Shown: in pieces, positions 23,673 through 33,299 of the stretch
Numbering within the stretch: position 1 is the stretch's first letter
How the letters are laid out: every line of letters begins with the position of its first letter
Notes under the pieces: generated by a model
Database searches by the model: none
What the model was told of the DNA's origin: nothing
The model's input: only the letters and a program-made list of their open reading frames with translations
Assembly: GCA_905181615.1 (NCBI GenBank)
Contig: CAJIYH010000001.1
Span: 86,082 to 150,081 of the forward strand
DNA: 64,000 nucleotides
Direction of reading: 5' to 3'
From: an uncultured Flavobacteriaceae bacterium
GTDB taxonomy: Bacteria; Bacteroidota; Bacteroidia; Flavobacteriales; Flavobacteriaceae
Made by a program: the position numbers and the translations under genes

Positions 23673-24233
23673 TTAATTGGGGTGTACCACTAAACTTCCA
23701 AGGGCAGAACTTGCCTTAAGTTTTTTTGGAAGTTGTGGAGAATTTAATCCATAAAAATGAAGGTCTGCAGCCAACGATTTGATTGTTCCTTTGGGGTCAG
23801 CGATGTTAAAAGTAGCTTCTCCGTGCTCAATTCCGACATTTAAACTTTCAAAAACACCCGAACATTTCAATTGAGCTTCTTTCAAATTTAGATTAAGGAC
23901 TAGGTTGGTTGGGATTTTAATTTCAATCTTATTGGCAACAACCTTATGAACACTAAGTTTGTCTGAGGGTCTTTCTGAACTGGGAATTTCGTATTCTTCC
24001 AAATAAAAACCAGCTCCTTTTATTTTACCTTGAAGTAAAAACAAATTTTGATACTCTCCTTCTTTCAGATAGTTGACTTTAATCAGTAAGTTTTTGTGCG
24101 TAGAAACCGATACCGAGCTCGCCCATGGAAAGTCTAAATGTATTGACTTTATTTCAGAGGCATCCCAAGTCTTCATTTGTTCTACTTGGCCAAAAGTTAA
24201 ACTGAGAGTAAAGAAACAAAAAATGCGCAGCAT
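23673..24233 (-). CDS. Hypothetical secreted protein
   Basis: 186 aa with an N-terminal signal-like segment. It sits between the dksA-like gene and lspA on the same strand. Confidence 0.4.
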   Translation of the reverse strand: MLRIFCFFTLSLTFGQVEQMKTWDASEIKSIHLDFPWASSVSVSTHKNLLIKVNYLKEGEYQNLFLLQGKIKGAGFYLEEYEIPSSERPSDKLSVHKVVANKIEIKIPTNLVLNLNLKEAQLKCSGVFESLNVGIEHGEATFNIADPKGTIKSLAADLHFYGLNSPQLPKKLKASSALGSLVVHPN

Positions 24234-24237
24234 TGTT

Positions 24238-24621
24238 TTATTTCTGAATGTTTTTTGCTTCTATGCTGAGAGTTGCATGAGGAACTAAAACCAAACGCTC
24301 CTTGCGAATTAATTTTCCCGTAACACGGCAAATTCCGTAGGTTTTGTTTTCAATTCGAATCAAAGCATTTCTCAAATCACGAATGAATTTTTCTTGACGT
24401 ATAGCCAGTTGTGTATTGGCTTCTTTAGACATGGTTTCTGAACCCTCTTCGAATGCTTTAAATGTTGGGGATGTGTCATCAGTACCATTATTCCCATCAT
24501 TCATATAAGTACTTTTCAGCAGCTCTAGATCTTCTTGTGCCTTTTCTATTTTTTGCTCGATTAGAGCCTTAAATTCTGATAAGTCTTTATCAGAATATCT
24601 ATTTTTTATTTCAGTTGACAT
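24238..24621 (-). CDS. DksA/TraR family zinc-finger-like regulator
   Basis: 127 aa with a coiled-coil followed by YGICRVTGKLI...VPHATLSIEAK. It begins 1 nt after the ileS stop. Confidence 0.8.
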   Translation of the reverse strand: MSTEIKNRYSDKDLSEFKALIEQKIEKAQEDLELLKSTYMNDGNNGTDDTSPTFKAFEEGSETMSKEANTQLAIRQEKFIRDLRNALIRIENKTYGICRVTGKLIRKERLVLVPHATLSIEAKNIQK

Positions 24622-24622
24622 A

Positions 24623-27600
24623 CTAATATTGTTTAATTAATATAGAAGTTGATACCTCATCAAATTCAATAAAAACACCTTGATCCACTTTATCTTGAAT
24701 GTAGATTTTTTGTGTAAGTGTTTCTGTTTTTATATACTCTAAATTATTATTTAAAGCTGCGTTTAATGAATTGTGAGGTGTCAAATATAAAATAATTTTA
24801 TCAGTAACCTCAAAACCGGCATCTTTTCTCAAATTTTGAATTCTGTTGATCAATTCCCGAGCAACCCCTTCTTCAACTAATTTTTCATTTAGTTGAATAT
24901 CTAAAGCAACAGTAATACCATTATTATTAGCAACTAACCAGCCCTCAATATCCTTCGATTGAATTTCAACATCAGCGTTGCTTAGGGTTATTTTTTCACC
25001 TTCAATTAAGAGTTCAATTTCTTCTTCAGCTTCGAGATACTTTAATTGACTTTCATCTAACTTTTGAATTGCTGCTAAAACAAAGCGCATTTTTTTTCCA
25101 AAACGAGGGCCTAAAGTTTTAAAGTTAGGTTTTATTTCTTTTACCAAAACATCACTAGCATCATCTAAAAGCTCCAGCTCTTTTACATTTATTTCAGAAA
25201 GGATTAATTCTTCCACAGCTTGAATGGCTTCTTTTTCGGCTATATTTCGAACAGGAATCATTATTTTTTGAAGAGGCTGTCTTACTTTTATTTGTTCCTT
25301 TTTACGAAGCGAAAGAGCCAAAGAGGCAATGGTTCTAGCCTTTTCCATTCGTTCTTCCATTTTCGTATTCCTTGTGTTTTTATCAGCTAATGGGAAATCA
25401 GTTAAATGAACTGATAGTTCTGCCCCAAAACCAGTTGCATCGCATAGATCTAGATACAAGCGATCTGCATAAAAAGGAGCTACAGGAGCCATTAATTTAC
25501 TAATGGTAAGCAAACACTCAAACAAAGTTTGGTATGCCGATATCTTATCTTCTTGGTATTCTCCTTTCCAAAATCTTCTTCTTGAAAGGCGAACGTACCA
25601 GTTACTTAAAATTTCTTGAACAAACTCAGAAATTGCGCGTGTTGCTCGAGTGGGTTCATAATCACTGTATGCATAATCGACTGTTTCTATGAGCTTATTT
25701 AATTCCGACAAAATCCACTGATCCATTTCATTTCTCTTTAAAAGAGGAATAGCTTCTTCTTTATAAGTAAAACTATCAATGTTAGCATACAAACTAAAGA
25801 ATGCGTACGTATTTTGAAGGGTTCCGAAAAACTTTCTAGAAACCTCGGCAATTCCATCCAAGTCAAACTTTAGGTTGTCCCAAGGATTTGCATTCGAAAT
25901 CATATACCATCGCGTTGCATCTGGGCCATAGGTTTCGAGTGTTTTAAAAGGGTCTGCCGCGTTGCCTAAACGTTTAGACATTTTCTGACCACTTTTATCC
26001 AAAACCAATCCGTTTGAAACGACATTTTTATAAGCTACTGAGTCAAAAACCAGAGTTCCTATGGCGTGAAGTGTATAGAACCAACCCCGTGTTTGATCTA
26101 CTCCTTCGGCAATGTAATCTGCAGGGAAGGCTTCGTTTGAATCAATTTTTTCTTTATTTTCGAATGGATAATGCCATTGAGCATAGGGCATTGAGCCCGA
26201 ATCAAACCATACATCAATAAGATCAGACTCCCTATTCATAGGTTTCCCTGAAGGGCTACAAAGATTGATTTTGTCTACGGTGTTTTTGTGCAGGTCAATC
26301 AGATCATAATTTTCTTCTGACATGTTTCCAACCTCAAAATCAGCAAAAGGATTTTCGGTCATTATTCCGGCTGCGATTGCTTTTTCTATTTCCTGGCAAA
26401 GCTCTTCCATAGAACCAATTAAAACTGTTTCTTGACCGTCTTCTGTTCTCCAAATGGGCAATGGAATTCCCCAGAATCTAGAACGGGATAAGTTCCAATC
26501 GTTTGCATTAGCCAACCAATTTCCAAAACGACCTTCACCTGTTGACTTCGGTTTCCAATTAATTTGCTTATTGAGTTCAACCATGCGCTCCCGCTCAGAA
26601 GAAACTTTAACAAACCAAGAGTCTAAAGGATAGTATAAAATAGGCTTATCCGTTCTCCAACAGTTTGGATATGAGTGAACATATTTCTCTACTTTAAAGG
26701 CTCTATTTTCTTCTTTTAATCGAATTGCAATTTCAACATCTACAGATCGTTCTGGAGCAGTTCCGTCACGATAGTATTCGTTCTTAACATACTTCCCTCC
26801 AAGGTCTCCTAATATATCGTGGAACTTTCCTTCTAAGGTTACTAGAGGCTCTTCATTTCCGTTTTGATCAAGGACCAATAAAGGTGGAATAGGGGGAGTA
26901 GCCTCTTTGGCTACTTGAGCATCATCTGCGCCAAAAGTAGGAGCGGTATGAACGATTCCAGTTCCATCTTCGATTGTTACAAAGTCTCCAGAAATAACAC
27001 GAAAAGCATCTTGAGGATTTGTAAGTGGCAGTGGAGCATCTTCCCATAGCTGTTCATATAGAATTCCAACTAAGTCGTCTCCTAGTATTTCATTGGTTAT
27101 TAGATAAGGTATTTTTTTTTCGTTAGCAGAATATGCTAAAAGCTCTTCTTTCGATTCAACAGCTAAATATTTTCCAGAAAATTGCTTCCCAACTAGTGCT
27201 TGAGCCAATAGGACTCGAATGGGTAAATGAGTATATTGATTATATGTTTCAACCACCACATAGTTTATTTTCTTACCAACGGTTAATGCTGTATTAGAGG
27301 GTAGCGTCCAGGGTGTAGTAGTCCAAGCCAGAATATAAAGGTCCGTTTCCGCTTGCAAAGTCGATGGGAGCGATTCTTTGATTGTTTGAAATTGCGCTGT
27401 AATTGTAGTGTCGGTAACGTTTTGATAAGTTCCCGGTTGATTCAATTCGTGAGAACTTAATCCGGTTCCTGCTTTAGGAGAATACGGCTGAATGGTATAG
27501 CCTTTATACAACAGTTCTTTGTTGTAAATCTGTTTAAGTAACCACCAAACAGATTCTATGTATTTAGATTTATAGGTAACATAAGGATCTTCAATGTCTA

Positions 27601-28024
27601 CCCAATATCCCATTTCTTTGGTCAAACGATTCCACACATCGGTATAGCGCATAACAGCATTTTTACATGCCTCATTGTATGCTTCAATACTGATGGTTTT
27701 ACCAATCGCGTCTTTGGTTATTCCAAGTTCCTTTTCAACACCAAGCTCAACAGGCAAGCCGTGGGTATCCCATCCTGCTTTTCTTTTTACCTGAAACCCT
27801 TTTTGAGTTTTATAACGGCAAAAGATATCTTTAATGGCGCGTGCCATTACGTGATGAATTCCAGGCATTCCATTGGCAGAAGGAGGACCTTCATAGAAAA
27901 CAAATGGTGTTTGCCCTTCGCGAGAAGTAATACTTTTTTCAAAAATAGAAGCTTCTTCCCAGTAAGATAAAATCTCTTGAGATACTGCAGAAAGCTTAAG
28001 TTGTTTATGTTCTTTAAAACCCAT
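24623..28024 (-). CDS. ileS: Isoleucine--tRNA ligase (long, type 2 form)
   Basis: HIGH-type PSANGMPGIHH and KMSKRLGN motifs. The start is set at the ATG at 28024 (MGFKEHKQ...). The 89-codon upstream extension looks non-coding. Confidence 0.95.
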   Translation of the reverse strand: MGFKEHKQLKLSAVSQEILSYWEEASIFEKSITSREGQTPFVFYEGPPSANGMPGIHHVMARAIKDIFCRYKTQKGFQVKRKAGWDTHGLPVELGVEKELGITKDAIGKTISIEAYNEACKNAVMRYTDVWNRLTKEMGYWVDIEDPYVTYKSKYIESVWWLLKQIYNKELLYKGYTIQPYSPKAGTGLSSHELNQPGTYQNVTDTTITAQFQTIKESLPSTLQAETDLYILAWTTTPWTLPSNTALTVGKKINYVVVETYNQYTHLPIRVLLAQALVGKQFSGKYLAVESKEELLAYSANEKKIPYLITNEILGDDLVGILYEQLWEDAPLPLTNPQDAFRVISGDFVTIEDGTGIVHTAPTFGADDAQVAKEATPPIPPLLVLDQNGNEEPLVTLEGKFHDILGDLGGKYVKNEYYRDGTAPERSVDVEIAIRLKEENRAFKVEKYVHSYPNCWRTDKPILYYPLDSWFVKVSSERERMVELNKQINWKPKSTGEGRFGNWLANANDWNLSRSRFWGIPLPIWRTEDGQETVLIGSMEELCQEIEKAIAAGIMTENPFADFEVGNMSEENYDLIDLHKNTVDKINLCSPSGKPMNRESDLIDVWFDSGSMPYAQWHYPFENKEKIDSNEAFPADYIAEGVDQTRGWFYTLHAIGTLVFDSVAYKNVVSNGLVLDKSGQKMSKRLGNAADPFKTLETYGPDATRWYMISNANPWDNLKFDLDGIAEVSRKFFGTLQNTYAFFSLYANIDSFTYKEEAIPLLKRNEMDQWILSELNKLIETVDYAYSDYEPTRATRAISEFVQEILSNWYVRLSRRRFWKGEYQEDKISAYQTLFECLLTISKLMAPVAPFYADRLYLDLCDATGFGAELSVHLTDFPLADKNTRNTKMEERMEKARTIASLALSLRKKEQIKVRQPLQKIMIPVRNIAEKEAIQAVEELILSEINVKELELLDDASDVLVKEIKPNFKTLGPRFGKKMRFVLAAIQKLDESQLKYLEAEEEIELLIEGEKITLSNADVEIQSKDIEGWLVANNNGITVALDIQLNEKLVEEGVARELINRIQNLRKDAGFEVTDKIILYLTPHNSLNAALNNNLEYIKTETLTQKIYIQDKVDQGVFIEFDEVSTSILIKQY

Positions 28025-28103
28025 TGGGAATGTATGTAAGGTTGCGAAATTAAGGAATTTTATACATTTATACTTTATAATAACATTAAGCTCTAAGAAA
28101 TAT

Positions 28104-28698
28104 ATGAAATTCGATTTCTCACAGCCCATAAAGTTAGAAAATGATCGGGTGCTATTGCGCCCTTTTGAGCAAAAATATTTTGAAAATCTGCTTCTTTTTT
28201 CTGAAAACGAAAAGATCCTTTGGCGATATTCTTTAACACCTGCAAGCGGAGAAGACAATCTGCACAAGTATATTGAGTACGCAATTGCCACTTGAGAAAA
28301 CCAAAGCGGCTATCCTTTTGATGTTTTCGATAAACGGACTCAAAAAATAGCAGGATGTACTCGATTTTATGACATTAAAAAAGTACACAATACATTGAGT
28401 ATTGGCTATACTTGGTATGGAGAAGAATTTCAGCGAACAGGATTAAATCGAAACTTTAAGCAATTATTACTTTGCTATCCTTTTTAAGACTCTTGAAGTC
28501 GTGCGCATAGAGTTTAGAGCTGATTTAAGGAATAAGAAATGCATCCAAGCAATGAAATCAATTGGCTGTGTTGAAGAAGGAGTCTTGAGAAGTAACTGCA
28601 GAACAACTAGCGGAAGAAGAGACAGTATTGTTTGGAGTATTTTAAAATCGTAATGGGAGAAAAAAGTTAAAGCTCATTTGGAGACTCAACTTTATTAG
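28104..28698 (+). pseudogene. Decayed GNAT (RimJ/RimL-like) N-acetyltransferase gene
   Basis: The GNAT-like reading continues through an in-frame TGA (28293-28295), a +1 frame change at the T5 run at 28481-28485 and an in-frame TAA (28651-28653). The C-terminal part reads RIEFRADLRNKKCIQAMKSIGCVEEGVLRSN. Confidence 0.75.
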
Positions 28699-31211
28699 AA
28701 TTCATATCCAATTCCAACCATTAAACTTCTGCCCGATGCGGATATACCAGATGCAAATTCACGATAATGAACATCAAAAATATTTTCAATACCTGCTCTT
28801 AAAGTAGTTTTCTCTTTCCAAGAATAAGAACCCGAAAGATTTAAAACAGACCAACTCGGAGTTCCAATATAGTTCGTAATTCCCTGTGGATTTATTTGCT
28901 CAGGAGTTTCATCTAAACCATCTTCTCCTCCTAAACTATAGTCTTGAGGACTTTTAGAGCCACTGAATCGACTTCTAATTCTAATCGAAAGCTTGTCTTT
29001 GTTATATTGAAGCATGGCAGCACCGTAGAATGGTAGAATTGAGGGAAGGGGACCATAACCCTTCAAAAACTTTGCTTGAGTATAGGTTATATCAGAAGAG
29101 AATGTCAAATGAGGAGTAAAATTCCACTTTCCTTCAAAAGAAGCGCCTTGTATCGTAGCGTTACCTATATTGGCATTAATTTGGGTTTCTATAATATCAT
29201 TTTCAAACATCAGTTCAGTAACCTCACCACTGACCTGATCGGTATATTTTGGAGATAATTTTCTTCCGATGAAGTTTTTAAGAAAAGTGCTGTAAAAGCG
29301 TAAAGCTAGGACCCCTTTTTTGTTTGGAGTGAAATAAGAAATACCAAAGTCGAGATTATTGGCATATTCAGGCTTTAAGGTGGGATTAGGAATCAAAAGC
29401 ATGCCTTTGTTTTCTCTTATTTTACCAAGGTCATCAATATTTGGTGATCTAAACCCACTAGATGCAAGAAAGTTTAACTGCAGGTTTTTTGTAGGGCGAA
29501 AAGTAATCGACAAGCTGCCTGTAAAAGCATTGTTTTTAGACTCTATGTTGGTTAAGTTTCCAATAGGAGAGTTAAGGAGCCACAAAGGGAAAATCCCATT
29601 ATTCCTATCCCATTTAGCCATCAGCAAGGTATGAGTATAACGACCGCCAGCAGTTAATGTAGTCTTCGTGTTCAAGGCCCATTTAAAATTACCATAAAAA
29701 GCACTAGAAGTATAGTCACTTCCGGCACTAGGATATCGGGTTGGAATTAGGATTGGACTAGATTTTCCTATAACTTCATTACCGTTAAGGATTAATTCTT
29801 GAGAAAAGGCTTTTGAAACAACTTTGTTTTTAACCCACTCAAAACCGAAAGTAAAACTTGTTTTATCAGTTTTTTTAGTTTCAAAATCCCCATTAAAACT
29901 CCAAACATGCACATTCTCACTTTGATTAGAACGTCCTAGCTCATTAAATTTTCTGTTAATTCGAGACTCATTGACGTTTTGATACGCCATGGTTAGATAG
30001 CCTTTATAAAAGAATTTCTTTTTTGGGAAAAATTTAAATTGAGGAGAAATCAAGAACCTTTTCTGAGGACCATAATTCCATTCGGCAAAACGAAGAGCTC
30101 CATCCTTATATTCATTTAACTTATCGAAACGGGGGATGTCTGAAGAGTTAGAAAGCTGAATATTGAGAGTAAAAAGTTTTTCATTGGGAAGTTTAACAAT
30201 GAATTTTTGCAAGAAATCTATTTGCTCATATCCTGAGTTTTTTTGAACATTAGGATTATTATTCTCAGAAGGTAATTCTTGATATGCTTCTGTATTATTT
30301 TCAGAGTAAAAAGGCACTAAGCCCCAAGATTGATAACCATGTTTTCTATTTTTACCCATTTTGAGTTCTCCAAACTTAGAAACACTAACACTGCTATAAC
30401 TAGCCCAGTTTTTGAAGCTTAGTTCCGTATCAAAATGATTTACAAAGGATTGATTTGCAGAATTAAAGCTTGAAGAAAAGCTGTTTTTAATCTTATCCTT
30501 ACTATTAATTCGAGGTGTTTTAGTAAAATAATGAACTACTCCACCAAGAGCATCTGAACCATAGCCCACAGAAGAAGACCCATAAACAACCTCAACCCTT
30601 TCAATAGTTCTTGGATCAACCGTTACGGCATTTTGTAAATGGCCAGATCTGTAAATGGCATTATTCATTCTAATACCATCTACTACTAATAACACACGGT
30701 TAGCTTCAAAACCCCTTAATACAGGACTTCCACCTCCACCTTGAGATTTTTGAAGCCGAATACTAGGCGCTAATAATAGTAAATCAGCCCCAGTAAGGGG
30801 ACTGTTTCTTTGAATTTGCTTTGCATTAATGATAGAAACCTTTTCTGCAATTTGATTTTTTTTAGTCGGAGTTCTGGCAACCGACAGGATTACCTCAGAA
30901 AGTTCTTTGAGGTCAATATTGAGTGAAACGATATTATTTTTTTGCTTAAGCTCATTTTTGCTTAAACTCTGTAACTCAAAACCCATAAATTGGAACGAAA
31001 TGGTGTCTTTAGAAGAAAACATAGACAGGGAAAATTTTCCATCCACACCTGAAGTTGTATTGCTGCTATTATCTTGGTTGTATAGGCTAACACCAAAAAT
31101 AGGCTCCTGAGTGAGCGCATCTATGACAGTGACTTCTTGAGCGTAAACAAAGCAACTAAAAAAGAAGAAAAAGGTCAACAGCCTGTCAGGAAACATCATC
31201 AAATATTTCAT
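28695..31211 (-). CDS. TonB-dependent receptor with N-terminal carboxypeptidase-regulatory-like domain
   Basis: Signal peptide, plug region, long beta-barrel and a terminal aromatic residue (..GYEF). The start is uncertain (ATG at 31211, 31199 or 31196) and overlaps the recO 3' end. Confidence 0.85.
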   Translation of the reverse strand: MKYLMMFPDRLLTFFFFFSCFVYAQEVTVIDALTQEPIFGVSLYNQDNSSNTTSGVDGKFSLSMFSSKDTISFQFMGFELQSLSKNELKQKNNIVSLNIDLKELSEVILSVARTPTKKNQIAEKVSIINAKQIQRNSPLTGADLLLLAPSIRLQKSQGGGGSPVLRGFEANRVLLVVDGIRMNNAIYRSGHLQNAVTVDPRTIERVEVVYGSSSVGYGSDALGGVVHYFTKTPRINSKDKIKNSFSSSFNSANQSFVNHFDTELSFKNWASYSSVSVSKFGELKMGKNRKHGYQSWGLVPFYSENNTEAYQELPSENNNPNVQKNSGYEQIDFLQKFIVKLPNEKLFTLNIQLSNSSDIPRFDKLNEYKDGALRFAEWNYGPQKRFLISPQFKFFPKKKFFYKGYLTMAYQNVNESRINRKFNELGRSNQSENVHVWSFNGDFETKKTDKTSFTFGFEWVKNKVVSKAFSQELILNGNEVIGKSSPILIPTRYPSAGSDYTSSAFYGNFKWALNTKTTLTAGGRYTHTLLMAKWDRNNGIFPLWLLNSPIGNLTNIESKNNAFTGSLSITFRPTKNLQLNFLASSGFRSPNIDDLGKIRENKGMLLIPNPTLKPEYANNLDFGISYFTPNKKGVLALRFYSTFLKNFIGRKLSPKYTDQVSGEVTELMFENDIIETQINANIGNATIQGASFEGKWNFTPHLTFSSDITYTQAKFLKGYGPLPSILPFYGAAMLQYNKDKLSIRIRSRFSGSKSPQDYSLGGEDGLDETPEQINPQGITNYIGTPSWSVLNLSGSYSWKEKTTLRAGIENIFDVHYREFASGISASGRSLMVGIGYEF

Positions 31212-31914
31212 TGAGAATTTGCAATGATTTTGGTTTTGAAAAGCCCAACAAATGTAACTCAAAATACTGAATGAGCGTTTCCAATAATTCACGTCTTTTT
31301 GTTCGATTTAACTTATGTACCAATATTCCTCCAAAATTCATGCCTAAAATTTTTTTAAACAATACAAGTTGATCATCGTCAATGTGTTTTTCTTTGGGCA
31401 TTATGGAATCAAAACAGCCTGTTTCTAAATTAAAATAAAGCGCATCGGAGTGATCTTCATTTGGGAAAAACCCTAAATACTTAGTAAGATTAATTAAAAA
31501 AATTAAATGAAAATTACTGATTTCATCATGAGAATCTAGCCAGTGAAAAGCGGTTTCAAGAAAAACATAAAGCGACGGGTTTGCCTCTTCTTCAATAATT
31601 GCGTTTTTGAGAGTTTCTGCAAGAAATTGAGCCAAAGCGTTTTTTTCAATCTTATTTGGAATGGTTACATATGGATATATGACTTTAACCTCCTTGAGAA
31701 ACTGTAATTTTCCATTTTTCTTATGATCAAAAAGAATTTCGAGTTGTGAAAGCACCTCAAATTGAGACTTTCGTATGGATCCTTTTTTGGCGGTTAATAT
31801 CCCTTTTAGGATAAATGATTGTCTTCCCAACACCTCGGTATAGCAATGCGTAATTAGACTATTATCACTATACTTAATTGTATTTAAAACAATAGCTTTA
31901 GTTCTAACCAACAT
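31186..31914 (-). CDS. recO: DNA repair protein RecO
   Basis: 242 aa with a typical RecO N-terminal OB region (TKAIVLNTIKYSDNSLI). Confidence 0.8.
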   Translation of the reverse strand: MLVRTKAIVLNTIKYSDNSLITHCYTEVLGRQSFILKGILTAKKGSIRKSQFEVLSQLEILFDHKKNGKLQFLKEVKVIYPYVTIPNKIEKNALAQFLAETLKNAIIEEEANPSLYVFLETAFHWLDSHDEISNFHLIFLINLTKYLGFFPNEDHSDALYFNLETGCFDSIMPKEKHIDDDQLVLFKKILGMNFGGILVHKLNRTKRRELLETLIQYFELHLLGFSKPKSLQILNEIFDDVS

Positions 31915-31917
31915 AAA

Positions 31918-33258
31918 TTAAACGACGCCTTGTGCTAACATAGCATCAGCTACTTTTACAAAGCCAGCAATATTTGCACCCTTGACATAGTTAACATAAC
32001 CGTCTTCTTGGCCAAATTCTACACAAGATTGATGAATTTCACTCATGATATTTTTCAGTCGGGAATCTACCTCTTCGCGTGTCCAATTATACCTCAAAGA
32101 GTTTTGAGCCATTTCAAGCCCAGATACTGCAACCCCTCCTGCGTTGGATGCTTTTCCAGGAGCAAAGAGAACTTTATTTTCTGTAAAGACATGAATTGCT
32201 TCAGGAGTTGAAGGCATATTGGCTCCTTCTCCGACACAGATACAACCGTTTTGAATAAGCAGTTCAGCATCTTTTAGATGAAGTTCATTCTGGGTCGCAC
32301 AAGGAATTGCAACATCACAAGGAACCTCCCAAGGGGTTTTCTTTGCATGAAACTCAGCGTTTGGATAGCGTTCTAAATACTTTTGAATTCTACCTCTTTG
32401 AACATTTTTGATGTTCATGATGTGATTTAGTTTTTCGGAATCAATTCCATCTTTATCGTATATATACCCTCCAGAATCTGATAGTGTACAAACAGTACCA
32501 CCCAGCTGAATGACTTTTTCGGCAGCATATTGACCTACATTTCCAGAACCTGAAACTACCACTCTTTTACCTTCTAAACTTGTGCCGATGTTCTGAAGCA
32601 TTTTCTGTGTAAAATAAACTACTCCATAACCCGTCGCTTCAGGACGAATTAAAGAACCTCCCCAGCTAACACCTTTTCCTGTAAGAACTCCAGTAAATTC
32701 ATTTTTTAATCGTTTGTATTGGCCAAAAAGGTATCCAATTTCTCTACCCCCAACACCAATATCACCAGCAGGAATATCTCTGTTTGGACCAATATGACGG
32801 AAAAGTTCAGACATAAAACTTTGACAGAAACGCATCACTTCATTGTCGCTTTTTCCTTTAGGGTCAAAATCAGAACCTCCTTTGCCTCCTCCCATAGGAA
32901 GGGTAGTAAGACTGTTTTTGAAGACCTGCTCAAAAGCTAAAAACTTCAATACACTCAAGTTAACGCTCGGGTGAAATCGAAGCCCACCTTTGTAAGGGCC
33001 TATTGCAGAATTCATTTCAATTCGATAACCCCGGTTTACTTGAATTTCATTTTGATCATCAATCCAAGCGACTCGGAAAAAAACAACCCGCTCAGGTTCT
33101 ACCATTCGCAGTAAGATGTTTTGTCCATAATAAATGTCGTGTTTAACAATGTATGGAATTACGTTTTCAGCAACCTCAGTAACGGCTTGCATAAATTCGG
33201 GTTCATTTTGATTTCTCAGTTGAACTTCAGCTAAAAATTGATCAATTATTTTTTTCAT
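31918..33258 (-). CDS. gdhA: NADP-specific glutamate dehydrogenase
   Basis: LPMGGGKGGSDFDPKG active-site motif and GSGNVG Rossmann motif; 446 aa. Confidence 0.95.
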   Translation of the reverse strand: MKKIIDQFLAEVQLRNQNEPEFMQAVTEVAENVIPYIVKHDIYYGQNILLRMVEPERVVFFRVAWIDDQNEIQVNRGYRIEMNSAIGPYKGGLRFHPSVNLSVLKFLAFEQVFKNSLTTLPMGGGKGGSDFDPKGKSDNEVMRFCQSFMSELFRHIGPNRDIPAGDIGVGGREIGYLFGQYKRLKNEFTGVLTGKGVSWGGSLIRPEATGYGVVYFTQKMLQNIGTSLEGKRVVVSGSGNVGQYAAEKVIQLGGTVCTLSDSGGYIYDKDGIDSEKLNHIMNIKNVQRGRIQKYLERYPNAEFHAKKTPWEVPCDVAIPCATQNELHLKDAELLIQNGCICVGEGANMPSTPEAIHVFTENKVLFAPGKASNAGGVAVSGLEMAQNSLRYNWTREEVDSRLKNIMSEIHQSCVEFGQEDGYVNYVKGANIAGFVKVADAMLAQGVV

Positions 33259-33299
33259 ACTATTATTTGAGAGAACTAATGTAGTTTTATTGTTTGTTT

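Noticed and set aside
28025-28291. 89-codon N-terminal extension of the ileS ORF (track start 28291)
   Set aside because: The extension is Cys/Phe/Ser-rich with non-coding-like composition and runs antisense through the GNAT pseudogene 5' end. IleS homology begins at MGFKEHKQ (ATG at 28024).
31186-31211. recO / TonB-receptor overlap as evidence of a fused or frameshifted gene
   Set aside because: The two frames differ. The receptor has its own Met codons (31211, 31199 or 31196) followed by a normal signal peptide. This is ordinary same-strand overlap in a compact genome.
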